A stretch of 58,553 nt of DNA, counting the filler, from Porpidia crustulata (lineage: Eukaryota), in the NCBI GenBank assembly GCA_964255105.1. It is 9 parts of 9 records of this genome, joined end to end, with 100 filler letters (N's around TTAATTAATTAA, not from the genome) between each part and the next. Parts side by side here need not be neighbours in the genome. Positions count along the whole stretch, not along the records: positions 26,100 to 32,514 come from CAXUWE010001549.1; positions 32,615 to 39,028 come from CAXUWE010001550.1; 7 more parts are not named here. The stretch is one strand, 5' to 3'. Position numbers and translations under genes: made by a program. Below are positions 26,182 to 38,093 of the stretch, in pieces. Under the pieces are notes generated by a model that worked only from the letters and a program-made list of their open reading frames with translations, ran no database searches and was not told the DNA's origin. The first letter of the stretch is position 1. Every line of letters begins with the position of its first letter.

Positions 26182-29100
26182 TCAGGCCACGCCGCTAGCT
26201 AGACCCCTCCTCACCAACTCTCCCCACGCTCCCTCCATGCACCCTTTAACTTCCCGGTAACTAACCACCAGGACTGTCATCTCGTCCCTCGTCATCAGCG
26301 TGATCCTCTCCTCGCTTCCAACGTCCAACTTGTTCAAACAAGACGTTATGTGCCCCAGATCCATCACTGGATTCCCATGCGCATCAACTTGGTGGAACAC
26401 GAAATCGCGGAAAAGGCCGAGATAAAAGCGGGTGCCTTGCTCGGACCAGCGCGAGTCTTGCTCGTATTCGGGACGATTGTTAATGATATTTATCTTGATA
26501 AGTAGCCGCACAAGACGAGAATTCTCGAGTTCGCGGGCGAGGTCGGTATTGAGTTCGTCAGCAAGATGGAGTGAGGCGTCGAAAACTTCCATGGCGGCCG
26601 CGGTGATGGTAGTGAGATAAGTGTCGATACCGTCGCTGCGTTCGGGATGGACATGGCCAAGGAGCCACGATACCGATTCTAGAAGCTGCGGGCTATATGA
26701 CTTGGAGAGTTGCTCGAGCTGCTGTTTTGTTTTGTCAGGGGTATTGGCTGGGCTGTTCGTCCCGAGCATCAAAATCAGCTGCCCGAACTGGTAAAGGTCT
26801 AGGCGTTGTAGATCCGCTATTGAGGCTGGTGTGTCATATTGTATGACGTCCATGATCGCGCAAGCACTGAGGCGAATTCGATTTTCGCTAGTCATAATCA
26901 CTTTGCTTGGATCGATGACTCGAGCAGCAAAGCCTTTAGAGTGTATTGCATTTAACGCATTTGCTATTTGCACAATGTAGCCCCACAAATCGGGTTCAGG
27001 CACAAGTACGTTTGCGTTTTTATGCGAAAATCGAGACGTTGGCGTCATATGTTTCTGAGCTAGTGTCTCTGAACGTGGATGGTAGTCGGTCACAAAGATC
27101 AAGGAACTGTCGCCAAAGCCTGGGTTGGTGAATGATAGGAACACATTTACCACATTCCCGCTCCTGATACGTTTCCAATTAGACTGAACAGATGTGATAG
27201 CGGCCTCAGCTTCCTTATTGCTAGTCAAACGATAGTCTACAGATGTTAGAGCTAAGTAAGTAGAGACACGATAGGGGTACGTGGTTGCAATTTACCTTGA
27301 ATCCGTCTTAAACAGTATATTCTACCGTCCTTGCTACTGGTTGCTTTATACAGCCAAGTCTTATAGCCGAAGAGAGCATTGTCTTTATTGTTGGGGTTAT
27401 CTGTCAACGGGACTAGAGTGTGATAAGGCCCGATTGAAAGTGGTAGTGTGGAGTCTAGATATGATTTAGTATTTGTTTACTAGAAGTAGTTGCACTACTT
27501 TGAAGGGTATATATACATACTTTGCATAGTCATCAAAGCCGCTTCTGATCGCTGCTGAAGGCTCTGACGTAGATCCTCGGGGATGAAATAGTCCTTTGCG
27601 GTCCGCTGATTAGGCTGGAGCTCTCGGTGAGGTCCGAGTGCAGCATAGAGGTGGTATTGGACCTAGAATTAATTAGTAGTGAAAGAGTTGTAATAGGTAG
27701 ATGACCAAGGACCTGATGCTGGGTATAGTTGCCGGAGCCTTGATAGTACGTAGGTCCAGCAAGACTGCTTGTATCCTGTGCATAAGGATTGACTTGTGGT
27801 TGAGGTGTAGTGTGGGCGGGAGTTGCCGAAGTTGAAGCGTAGGGTTCGAAATAGTTCGCTTGTGGAATAGCGTCGGTATTCTCGACCTGAAAGGACTCCT
27901 GAGCTTTATGAAACGGCTGATTACTTGAAGAGGAATGAGATGGGAAAAAGGGACCAAGAGAATGATTACTATTGTGAAATGGCATGCTTGGTGAAGAGCC
28001 TGGGGCATTGACATCAAAGGGATAGGCCTGATGATAGACTTGTGGGTGGTCTCGTGTAACGGTAGTATGAGCATGCTCCTGTGATAGTCCTGGAGTAAAG
28101 GCTTCTGACTCGGCTGCAAGCCTATTGACGAAGGCTATATTTCTGCAAGGAATATGATTGTCGCTGAAGTGTGTAGATCCTGAATTCCAAGCTCCAGGGT
28201 GTAGACTCGGCTCCGAGCTCAGTGCACTCATGGTACGGGCCCTTTCAGTCCTCACACATGGGTAGGCTTCTGTACGTTTCTTGCCATAACACTTCCGCCT
28301 AGAGCTAGTAGTATCATCTTGTGCAGACTTCAGTGGTGATCCGCGGGATCTTGGATCATCCAACATAGACTTTCGACCGTTATTTCTTGGCGATGAAAAC
28401 CAATTGCCAGATACCTGGTCTTTTGGACGAGCTCCTTCAACCGACAGTGATTGGCGTCCGTTGGGCTCAGAGAAGGAGTTGATACGTCGCGCGAGATCAT
28501 CGCGGACTCCAAAATTTTCATATGACCAATCAATCTGACACGAGGAAGATATTGGTTGCAGAATTTGAGCGGCTCTTACAGGCGTACAGGGACCTGTTAA
28601 GAGATTTGGACCTGAGGAGGGTAGTCCAAGACTACTTGGGGTAAAAATCCCGGCATGTGGATTGGGACCCTTGCGAGGTGTGTTCATCGTGATGGTTTTG
28701 CAGGGCTTTGGAGGCCTTTGGTACCAGTATAGAGATCCGAGAATGTCTTAGCACTCTACGAGGTTCGGAAGTCCCGAGCTATGGCATCAAAGTATGGTTG
28801 AACAAGTAGAAGAATGATCCAGTATTGATTTCGAGGCAGCAAAATGGTCTTCGTCATACGAATTTGGGAAGACAGCGGTGTACTTCGAAAGTGAGAGCGG
28901 ATGAATACAAGCGAGAAAGTTAAACTCACAGCAGGTATAGTACTATAGGACTGGGGTAAATATTCTTGCGCACCAGGCGCTAACCAGTCAGGGGCGTTCG
29001 GATTGTACTGTTTCGCTGAACCGGACAGGGAAGGAGCGGCAGCCGCTAACTTCACGTCAGTGCCTGGATAATCACAGAAGTGGCAGGAACCAGTGACCTG

Positions 29101-29646
29101 AGGCGAGACCTTTGGGCTTGAACGGCGCAGCGCTGGCCGCTTTCGGAGAAAGACCTTTGCTCTTGGTGGGCACATTGGGGGAGTTCACTGCAAGCGCGGC
29201 TGGGGTGAAACTTGGGGAATCAACATTCAGCCGTTTTTTCATACTAATAGTCTTGATAAGCTCAGTGAATTGGTTGTCTATGAGGAAAGACCACGTCTTC
29301 GCACCTGTCTGCTTGGTTTTGAGGGGCACTCGGTTTTATCGGATCATGATTGAAAGCACACCCTTTCTCGATTGGATCAGCCATCCGCGGGCCAGGAAAT
29401 GAGAGTCTTTCTACCTTTATCCTCATATCGGCAGTGACCATATATCGTGACATTTCGGCAGAGCGTATCTTTGGCGCTTTCTACTCCCCAGGTCATGGAT
29501 TAGCAAGGCTGTCCGAGGCTACTTGACGGCAAGAATCTTTAGGCAAACAATTTAGCCATAAGAAGCTCCATACCACGCCCCTTGGGTCTAGGAGACGGCA
29601 CTGTACGCCGCGTCTCCTCTGCATGACCCTGGTTCAGAGCCGCCAT
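26182..29646 (-). CDS. PAN3: PAN2-PAN3 deadenylase subunit Pan3 (CCCH zinc finger, PAM2-like motifs, pseudokinase, C-terminal knob); about 9 exons with an ~1 kb intron 28929-27887
   Basis: [87 protein letters not shown]. Confidence 0.95.
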
Positions 29647-30178
29647 CCTCGAATGCACCCTCTAGCCTGCTGGCATTCTGACTAAGAAATTATAGGACGT
29701 TGAGAAGAGCTAGAAGACACTTTCGACGTGGCATTAAGTGTTCAGCTATATGGTCACCTCGTCTCCCCCATTCACCTGAACTCAGGTAGCTCAGGATGTT
29801 TCGTTTGTAACTTGCGCCCTCTTTATCCAATATTACCAAGGCAGCGCAATCCAGATAGTCACCAAACCACCTAGACTTCAATCTTTCCAATAGTCCAAGA
29901 GGAGAATAAAATATAGAAAAGAGCCTGAGGCACGACTCAAAAAAGACAGACGGATAGACTCAAGAATGAAACTATTGCTGACAACACTAAATGGCCCACA
30001 AAGTACAACGGAGGCTGAGTGAGATGCTCAAAGAGCGGGTAAGGCGCAAAGCGCAAGGCTGACGCCATAAGGGTCCGTCTCGCCAGGAGTTGCCCTTCCG
30101 TTGAAAGCTAAGAAGCCGGATAGATAAATTATTCATCATCTCATCTGCAGTCCCATTACACTCGGTGTCTTTTCTGTC

Positions 30179-31765
30179 ATGGCGAGTCTTGATATTGATC
30201 CAAGTCTGTTAAACGAAAGCCAGCAACTAGCACTAGGAACCTACACAGCTGTTACAAATCAAGAACCTTCCGAGGCTATTCCATTACTGGAGAGATCGCA
30301 GTGGAATGTCCAGGTATGGGTCACGGCTTGGAAATCGTAAAAAGGAAGCTGATGAAATGCATAGATCGCTATTGCGAAATTCTTTGATGGTGAAGCTCCA
30401 GACCCAGTCGAAGAAGCACGAGCATCCCTAGAATCCTCAACTCCTTTACAGCCAGCCCGCCGCGAAACTCTGCTCAATAACTTGTCCTCGTCCTCCAGAT
30501 CTGTCAATCCTGTTCGTGGAGAGCCTGCTCCGCGAATAGTACCTCAACGAGAAAGTCAAACTACCTACCGGACTCCATTTATACTCTCTCTCATATTCGC
30601 TCCATTTAATGTATTAACGCGGATCCTATCAGGCTCCTTGAGTTTATTTGGATACCTTTTTCCTTTTCTTCCACGGCTGCTGTCCAGGCTCTCAAACAGC
30701 AGTACTCCTACAAGATCGAGACAGAATACCACGGGCCGGAAACCTTTGAATCCAAGAGATACAGCAGCTAGATTCGCTCGTGAATTCGAGGAAGAATACG
30801 GCAGTCACTCTTTGCATTTCTTCGAGCACGGCTATGCCCAAGCTTTTGATGAAGCAAATAAGGAGCTGAAATTTTTGGTGGTTGTGCTCATCTCACCGGA
30901 GCACGACGATACATCTACTTTTATTCGAGAAACTCTCCTCTCACAAGAAGTCGCAGACTACATCAACGACCCGCAAAACAACATTATATTATGGGCCGGT
31001 AACGTCCAGGACTCGGAAGCGTACCAGGTTTCCAGCGCCCTGAATTGCAGCAAATTTCCCTTTACCGCCTTGATCGCTCACACCCCTCAAGACTCATCGA
31101 CCTCGATGTCAACAATAGCTCGCATCTCTGGTCTTCTCCCACCCTCAGCTTTTGTCCCCAGGCTACGAACCGCGATAACACAGCACTCGGCCGCCTTGGA
31201 CCGTGTGCGAGCAACGAGGAATGAACAACAAGCCGCCCGAAATATTCGCGAGGAGCAGAATAGTGCCTATGAGCGGTCGTTAGCGCAAGACCGCGAGCGC
31301 GCGCAACGACGTCGGGAAGCTGATGCTGAGAAGACACGGTTGGAAGCAGAGGAGAAGGCGAGATTGGGGGCAGACGAGAAGAAACGGCGAGACCTCGAAC
31401 AATGGAGATCATGGCGAGCCCAAACGATAGCGCCAGAACCAGGCCCCAAGGCGGATTCCAAAGCCATTGCGCGCATCAGCATCCGCATGACGTCCGGCGA
31501 GCGCATTCTGCGTAAATTTACAGCTACTGCTCACATAGAAGAGCTATACGCCTTCGTCGAGTGCCACGATGTCCTCGAAACCCCTGGCTCAGAGCTCTTG
31601 AAAGCGGAAAAGCCAGAAGGATACGAACACGAGTACAAATTCCGCCTCGTGTCTCCCATGCCGCGTGTCGTTTACGACCTCGATTTCAGCGATCCGATTA
31701 GCAGCCGGATAGGACGCAGTGGCAATCTCATCGTCGAGCCGATTGCAGATGATGACGAGGTATGA
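30179..31765 (+). CDS. UBX domain protein (UBA-like/UAS/coiled-coil/UBX; Ubx2/FAF2-like Cdc48 adaptor), intron 30314-30364
   Basis: AIPLLERSQWNVQ/IAIAKFFDGE, membrane hairpin, UAS region (WAGNVQDSEAYQV), REEQNSAYERSLAQDRER, UBX region RISIRMTSGERILRKF...SPMPR. Confidence 0.92.
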
Positions 31766-32446
31766 AGTTAGGCCTCGATAGCGGAATGCAAAGTCTGTGT
31801 TGGACGATCGATGAGGGAAGCGATGTGTGGGAATCTGAAGTGCGATTTAGCGATACGCAGGCATAAGGCGTTGGATTTGTGGGGTTTGAGAGGCGTATCT
31901 GAAGATAGATATAGTAGGGATGAGAGATAGATTGTATATTTTGCAGATATGCTTTTTACTGTATGTAAAAGGTTGCGCTATCGCATCGTGGGTTCACCGG
32001 ATGGGGATGGGAAGAAATGGAGGTGGGGTGGAGAGGAGATGGGAGGTGGGTAGATGGGTAGATGAGTAGATGGGATGCTTGGGCTTTTCGAGGGCTGAGA
32101 AGACTACTATACTTCGTTGCGAAGATCCCGAGCTCTCTCCCTAACAAGAACAGAACTACCACCAATTTTGTTTGTTTATAAAACCCCCCTTTGCCTTCCC
32201 TCCCAGACAGCCTACGAAAACTTACAAAATCCTTATGAAATAACCAAACCTACAAAATCCACCAAACTACGAGACCTACGAAACCACCCAAACCACCCAA
32301 ACCAAATCTTTCCAAGCCCCGCTACTGTATAATTCCACCATCATTCGATAATTTTAAAAATAATCGAATGTGGCATGAATTATTTGAATATTATGACGAA
32401 TGTGTGTGTTAAAGTGAATATGCGAAAATAATTATTTAAGTATAGA

Positions 32447-32514
32447 TATGAAGATAATGAAGAAGATGGAGATGAAGATGAAGATAAAGATGAAGATAAA
32501 GATGAAGATGGAGA
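32447..32514 (+). repeat. Degenerate (GATGAA/GATAAA/GATGGA)n hexamer microsatellite at contig end
   Basis: gatgaagatgaagataaagatgaagataaagatgaagatgga. Confidence 0.85.
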
Positions 32515-32614
32515 NNNNNNNNNNNNNNNNNNNNNNNNNNNNNNNNNNNNNNNNNNNNTTAATTAATTAANNNNNNNNNNNNNNNNNNNNNNNNNNNNNN
32601 NNNNNNNNNNNNNN
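32515..32614. other. Artificial contig linker
   Basis: N44-TTAATTAATTAA-N44. Confidence 0.99.
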
Positions 32615-33137
32615 GGGCAAATGATGTGTATAGCTTTAAACTACTTTTTTGGGCATGCTATAACTAATCAAACAAGTAGATTTTAGCTACAGTATCAAAA
32701 CCAGTGTTTTTAACTTCCCCACCATTTTTTCTTTCTTTTGATTTTCATTTTTGTGCACACGGCGATATCTAACTCAATTACGGTAAGATCGTGACAGCCA
32801 CAGCGCCTGGGCGAAGCCTCCAACGAGCGAGGGGTAAATACTGCGCGCCTTTCCCATTCTCGGTGTCTGGTCTATCATGTGCATCTTTGAGCGATATTCA
32901 ATTCCCCACATATTTTGGTTCAACCATAAAGTCTGAGACTCTTTGCGAAGATATCTATGGCACCAGCGCTGAGCCTTGAGCACAACGGAGGCAATGGGTT
33001 CAAATTTCAAATGGGAGAGTGGGAGGGAAAGCCGAATTACATGCTCCACACAAAATCCGCTTTGAAATAGTATGCCCTGCATTGTTTTTCCTATTTTGCA
33101 TCATATCAAATTGTTTATATTTCAGAGTAGCTTCAAC

Positions 33138-34005
33138 ATGCCGCCTGAATTCGTGGCGATTTACAACACCGATGCAGTCCAAGTGGAGACTGTCCGACAT
33201 TTCGCGCTTGGCCCGGAAGGAAAGTGGTACTTTGAGCATGTGGATCGCGGCAAATTGATCTGTAGTACGTCAAAAATTAAACAATTCAAGGCCCTCGGGA
33301 TCTTTGGCCTGGCGTTCTAATCCGCTTTCCCAGACCATTCATCCAATTATCTCGACGGGGTTGACATTGATTGGAAAAACGGGCCCATTCACCATATCGA
33401 GTTTGGTGCAGGTAAGACGGTATGGGGCATGCAGAAGAAGCAGACGACCAGCCTCAAGACGATCATGTTCTCCGCCCACCTACCGGCCGACTTCCAGGAG
33501 ATGCTGCAGATTCGACTCCGCGAGGGGGTTATCCGAGACTACAACACCGATATTCGCTATGCGGCATTCGGCCACAATGGCCAGTGGGTGTTTGGCACGC
33601 TTCGTCGACTGGACTGGAGTGGAAATTTAGATCCCAATATTCTCGAGCGCGTGAGTGCTCGCGACAAGCCGTTCGGGATACAAGTAAGTCCCGTTGGTAG
33701 ACTTTTCAGCGCCAAGATCGAATTCTGGATGCTGAAATGGTTCGCAATCGTGACAGAATGTGGAGCTCTCCCCGATCGATGCGGCTGACTGTTTCATTGA
33801 ATATACCGATCGTTCAACGTGCTTCATACCCGCAGGCGTTTGGGCCCTCGATCCGTTGGTGACTGCGGAAAATGCCCTCACGGAGAACCACAGAAAGCGC
33901 CCCGGTCGAGTGACTCGCAATTACGAAGAAGATGCTAAGACTGCGGCAAAGGGTCTGAAGGTAGTCCGTAAAATGATAGGCTTGGGTGGGCTGTTCGGTT
34001 CTTGA
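33138..34005 (+). CDS. Uncharacterised protein, 3 exons (33138-33264, 33334-33683, 33757-34005), with repeated (L/F)G-x-x-G-x-W beta motifs
   Basis: GTACGT..CTAAT..CAG and GTAAGT..CAG introns join three ORFs in phase; motifs FALGPEGKWYF, IEFGAGKTVW, AAFGHNGQWVF. Confidence 0.7.
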
Positions 34006-35289
34006 ACAAACATCCTGTCAGTCTTTATTGATATTTGTCTTTGTCTCCATGTTCATCCCACCACTTCCTATGTCAAGTTGTCAATGCAACTAAGGAAGAG
34101 GCCGGAGAGATCGCGGAAGGCCAAAGTATGCTCCTACAGCATCATACCGTAATTTCCAGTCAGCAAGTCAATTGAGAGCTGAGAGTACTTAGCATGTGAA
34201 TATAATTATAGCTGTGAAGTGGAGATTTCCTACGTTTGGTATTCACCAATTGTGGTGAGCTAGTATTTTCGAGTATTCAAGAAGTGCGGGTCATAGTTTT
34301 CCCAAGTTCAATTCCAGAGGTATTGAGAATATAGAATCATGTGGCTTTAAATTACTCTCCATGCTTGGGGCCTGGCCGAAAGCTGACTGACAGCACCGAA
34401 TCATGGAGACGGATTTCAGACGCTGTGATGATGCAAGATACCCTGACGCAAATCCTGAAGCCCGCTTGCCAGAGCATACGCCTTAGCGAGACAAAGCTTG
34501 ACGTATCATCCATGTTGGATCTACAACGAACTGGCGATCTTGATGAATCTATCATCTTTCCTTCTCTGCATGCCTGACCAGCGCCTACCCCCGCCTGATC
34601 AGTTCAGCCAGGGAATATACTTTGCGACTCTTCATTGACTAGTTCCCTTCTGCTTATTACGCACTGGAACCCGAGTTCGTTCTGGCGCACCCAGATCTTG
34701 ACACTCAAAATATATCGGTTTCTCCGGAAAGCGGACCGTGGGGAATTATCGATTGGGATGGGGTAGGAACGGTACCACACTGTGTTGGAAACGAACAATA
34801 CCCCAGCTGGTTGACGCGCGATTGGGACCTAGCCAAATACGATTGTGGTGATGGAAGAGCCGGAGCTGATGCTGGATGCCTTAGAAACTCACCGGAAGGA
34901 CTTGTTCGCTGTTGAGCTATGTACCTGTAATTGAAGGAGCGTTGCCTAACCAGGGAGGATAGGAGCAAGAGCCATCCGAAGACTCCTCTCGGCGCTACCA
35001 TTGCAAACGTGAGAAGCAACTTTGAGATCTCCCATTGAGGATTTCGTGAACAGCAACCCTCTCGGAGAAAGTGTCAATACATTTGGCAATTCGGCATGCC
35101 AAAAAAACGTCTCGAACGCCAGGCGTGATACAATTTTCCAGCTGTTTGACCTCCCAACCGGTAATCAGGCCTTCCTTGACATATCTTATTCACGGCTTCT
35201 TATTGTGGTCTGGTCGATAGAAATGATGGGTTGTCACATGTGCTGTGCGTGCCAGAGACACCCAGAAAAGTTAATTGAGTGGTATACCG

Positions 35290-35682
35290 TCACACCGAAT
35301 GTCTTCCCCAAGGAATTTTATCGATCAAACCGCGGTGTAGATATGTTTCCTCCAAATCACTGCCATTGTGTTAGAAATTGTCTCGAACGCAATTAGAGAA
35401 CTGGAGGGCCAACAATGAAGCTTCTTTCCGCACCACTTTATAGAAATACAAGGAGGTGTTCTTAGGGTCAGGCTGCGAGCTATGATAATTGCAGTCTACC
35501 AGCACATGGCATCTAGCATTAGACGTTAATATTTCTCCTTGAGCATGTACAAAGTCCTGTTTGAAGTCGAAAACACGGCCGAGCAATTTGGTGCATGCTG
35601 CAGCGGCAACGAGAATGTCTTTTTCAGCAGGAGGTCCTGGGACCTGATCTGTACGAAATTTGATGAATATTCGGAGGGACAT
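35290..35682 (-). CDS. Small hypothetical protein (about 110 aa), probably 2 exons
   Basis: ORF MSLRIFIKFRT...LYFYKVVRKEAS; a putative GTTGGC..CTAAC..CAG intron gives the C-terminus DLEETYLHRGLIDKIPWGRHSV. Confidence 0.45.
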
Positions 35683-36543
35683 AGATGATTTTTTTCCTAT
35701 CTAGTTTGAGGGTGATGCCAGAACGTTACTAATTGAGCGACACATGAATGAATCTTTTCTATCTATCTCCGTAGAACGAGATAAAAATCATTTCCGGCCC
35801 GACCTATCCGCGTTAGGGTACCCTCGAACGGTTCCCGCACACCCTCCCGCCTCCTTCGCCTCGCCCGAGGGTCGGTAAAAGAAGTCGTGGGACACCAAAA
35901 CAAGCGATCCTAATTAATCTCCTACTAATTACATAGCAATGCACGGAGAAATCAATTAAATGTTTATTATTATTTTTTCTTGAATTGAATAGAATACTCA
36001 TTTAACATCACATTTGATTTCTGAATTCATAAATTGTTTTTAAATCATTTATCAAGTAGTTAATAAATTTTAAAGCTGAGAAATCGACTTTCTTCATCTG
36101 TGTGTGAGGGGTCGTAGTGAACTATATCAATTGACTAGACTAAGCCTATAATACAAGGAGAATAACTTAAGGAGGGAAAGGAATTTCTGTCGCGAAAACC
36201 TCCCTTTGGGATCAGCTTCTGAGCGGAAGGAATTCCGTATCGAGAATGCAGGTACGTAGTACCTAATCCAATTAATGGGTCTAACCCATCACACTGTGCA
36301 ATGTGTACAGGACTAAATTTATTATTCTGAAGATGCAGAAGATCTGTAATTCTTTAGATCAGATGTATGAGAACGTTTTATGACAGTAGAGTTAATGTTC
36401 CTCCTTGAATTGCTATAATAAGTAGAGATTTCATGGGAGTCGCTTGTCTTGGTGTCCCAAGACTCTTTTTACCGACCCTCAGCCTCAGTTATATCGATCA
36501 TATTCGAACAACCTATACATGTTGTTAGAAGCTGCATCGACGT

Positions 36544-36744
36544 CTAACACAGAATCCGATCTGACCCTAAGATGATGAAGAAAGATGTCGGATAGTTGCA
36601 TTCAGAACAATTACCATTTGCTGCGCCAACGTAAGGCGTCCTGATCCCAGTACATCCTGTTCCGTCGATCGCGCCTCTGCAACGAACGATCTCGCCGGTC
36701 GCTCTATGTCCACAGTCATCATCACATTGGCGATGATCACACAT
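36544..36744 (-). CDS. Small cysteine-rich protein (MC..CGH..C..C..CxxC-YPT), possibly degenerate
   Basis: 66-aa ORF with MCD..DCGH..RC..GC..CSECNYPT, a spacing resembling small non-secreted fungal Cys/Zn-binding proteins. Confidence 0.5.
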   Translation of the reverse strand: MCDHRQCDDDCGHRATGEIVRCRGAIDGTGCTGIRTPYVGAANGNCSECNYPTSFFIILGSDRILC

Positions 36745-37592
36745 TATGCACAGTGTCGCGCTGCTACGTCAGTGAAGGTATACTGATAGAGATATAGAGT
36801 AACGAAGTAGGGCAGAGCTGGAGGCCTTTTGTTCTTCACGGAGAGCGTAGTTTGTAGAGGATGAATTCCAAAGCAGCCGAGCGAACGGAGAGTCTATAAA
36901 ACCAGGAGTGACTCAGAAGCGAGGCGCTGCTTCTCCGAAATTCTGCATAATACCTTGTGTCTTTGAATCAATCAAGGCTTTTTTCACTACAAGACGCTGT
37001 GCCTCGTAAGAGCGGCAGGGGAAGTGATGTGACAAGAGCGAGCCAGCACAGAATCATTATCAGGTCTCCCGTAATGGGGCCCAAAATGCAGCTCGTCGTT
37101 TTGTCTGTACTCTACCTTTTATCATTCAGTAAATCCCAAAGCCCATCTTGTTCACGGGACAGTTAGGTTTAGGGAAATGGAAGGCGCGCCCAGCACTAAG
37201 GCCGCCCGTCTCCGCCTCCTTCAGCTTCTCTTTTCCCTCCTCAGCCATCCTCTCCTTCTAAGGATACGCATCTGAGAAAATGTGCTTGAAGGAGTAGAAG
37301 TTGGTTGAGTCCGAACAGCTTGTAAGCATCGACGACAGAATGTAGAGGAGAATAAACGCGACGCATTAGAAATCGATGTAGACAAATGGGCGTCGAGGAG
37401 GCTGTCTCAAGGGCGTGGTCCATATGGGTGTAATTTGAAACATGAGGCCCCTGTCGCATCACTCAAGCTGAAGACTCGGAGCCTGAACAAGCTCCTGCGT
37501 CTCGTTAATCCTAAATTTTCAGCATTCATAAGATCTGGCTCTTCTGAAGATTGAAGTGTATGACGTATAATCTGCTTCCAACATAAAAATCA

Positions 37593-38093
37593 ATGAGACA
37601 AAAGAAGAAGCAAAACACTCAAAGAAGAAAGAGAAGAAAGAGCCTTTTTCATAAGATCTATCAGATAGAAAAGCTGTGCGATGTTGACGCAACGATTTTT
37701 GTGTATCAATCCGACGATGATCAGCATCATATCTATCGATTCATAGATCGACGCTCGTGATCGTCAATCTTAGACTGTATTATATATGAAACTTCTACTC
37801 ACGCTTCTACAGAGCGATGCTGATTCGATATATAACAATGTGCGAGATCCACGTCGCAACACATGCTGTCTCAGAATTTCGAATATTTAATCAAGTCAAC
37901 GAATGCAAGAATAGATCTAGAAGCAATCTGTGTCAGAAAGAGAAGAAAGATAATGAACGATGATCGAGAAAAGATGTCTTCAAAGAAAACTTTCATTTTC
38001 TCGGATCCTCCAATTTTCGATCTGGCATTCAGGTGTAAAGGGAAGATCAAACAAGAAGAGTCATGCAAAGGCGATATAGACTTAGTTGAATAA
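37593..38093 (+). pseudogene. Divergent SRF-type MADS-box transcription factor pseudogene
   Basis: Translation RRKRRKSLFHKIYQIEKLCDVDATIFVY..HHIYRFIDRRS*SS matches the recalled MADS pattern (RR.GLFKKA.EL..LCD.D...YRS...SWPP). TGA at 37758 replaces Trp. The donor and acceptor appear mutated (ATATAT, CAA). Exon 2 reads HMLSQNFE. Confidence 0.75.
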
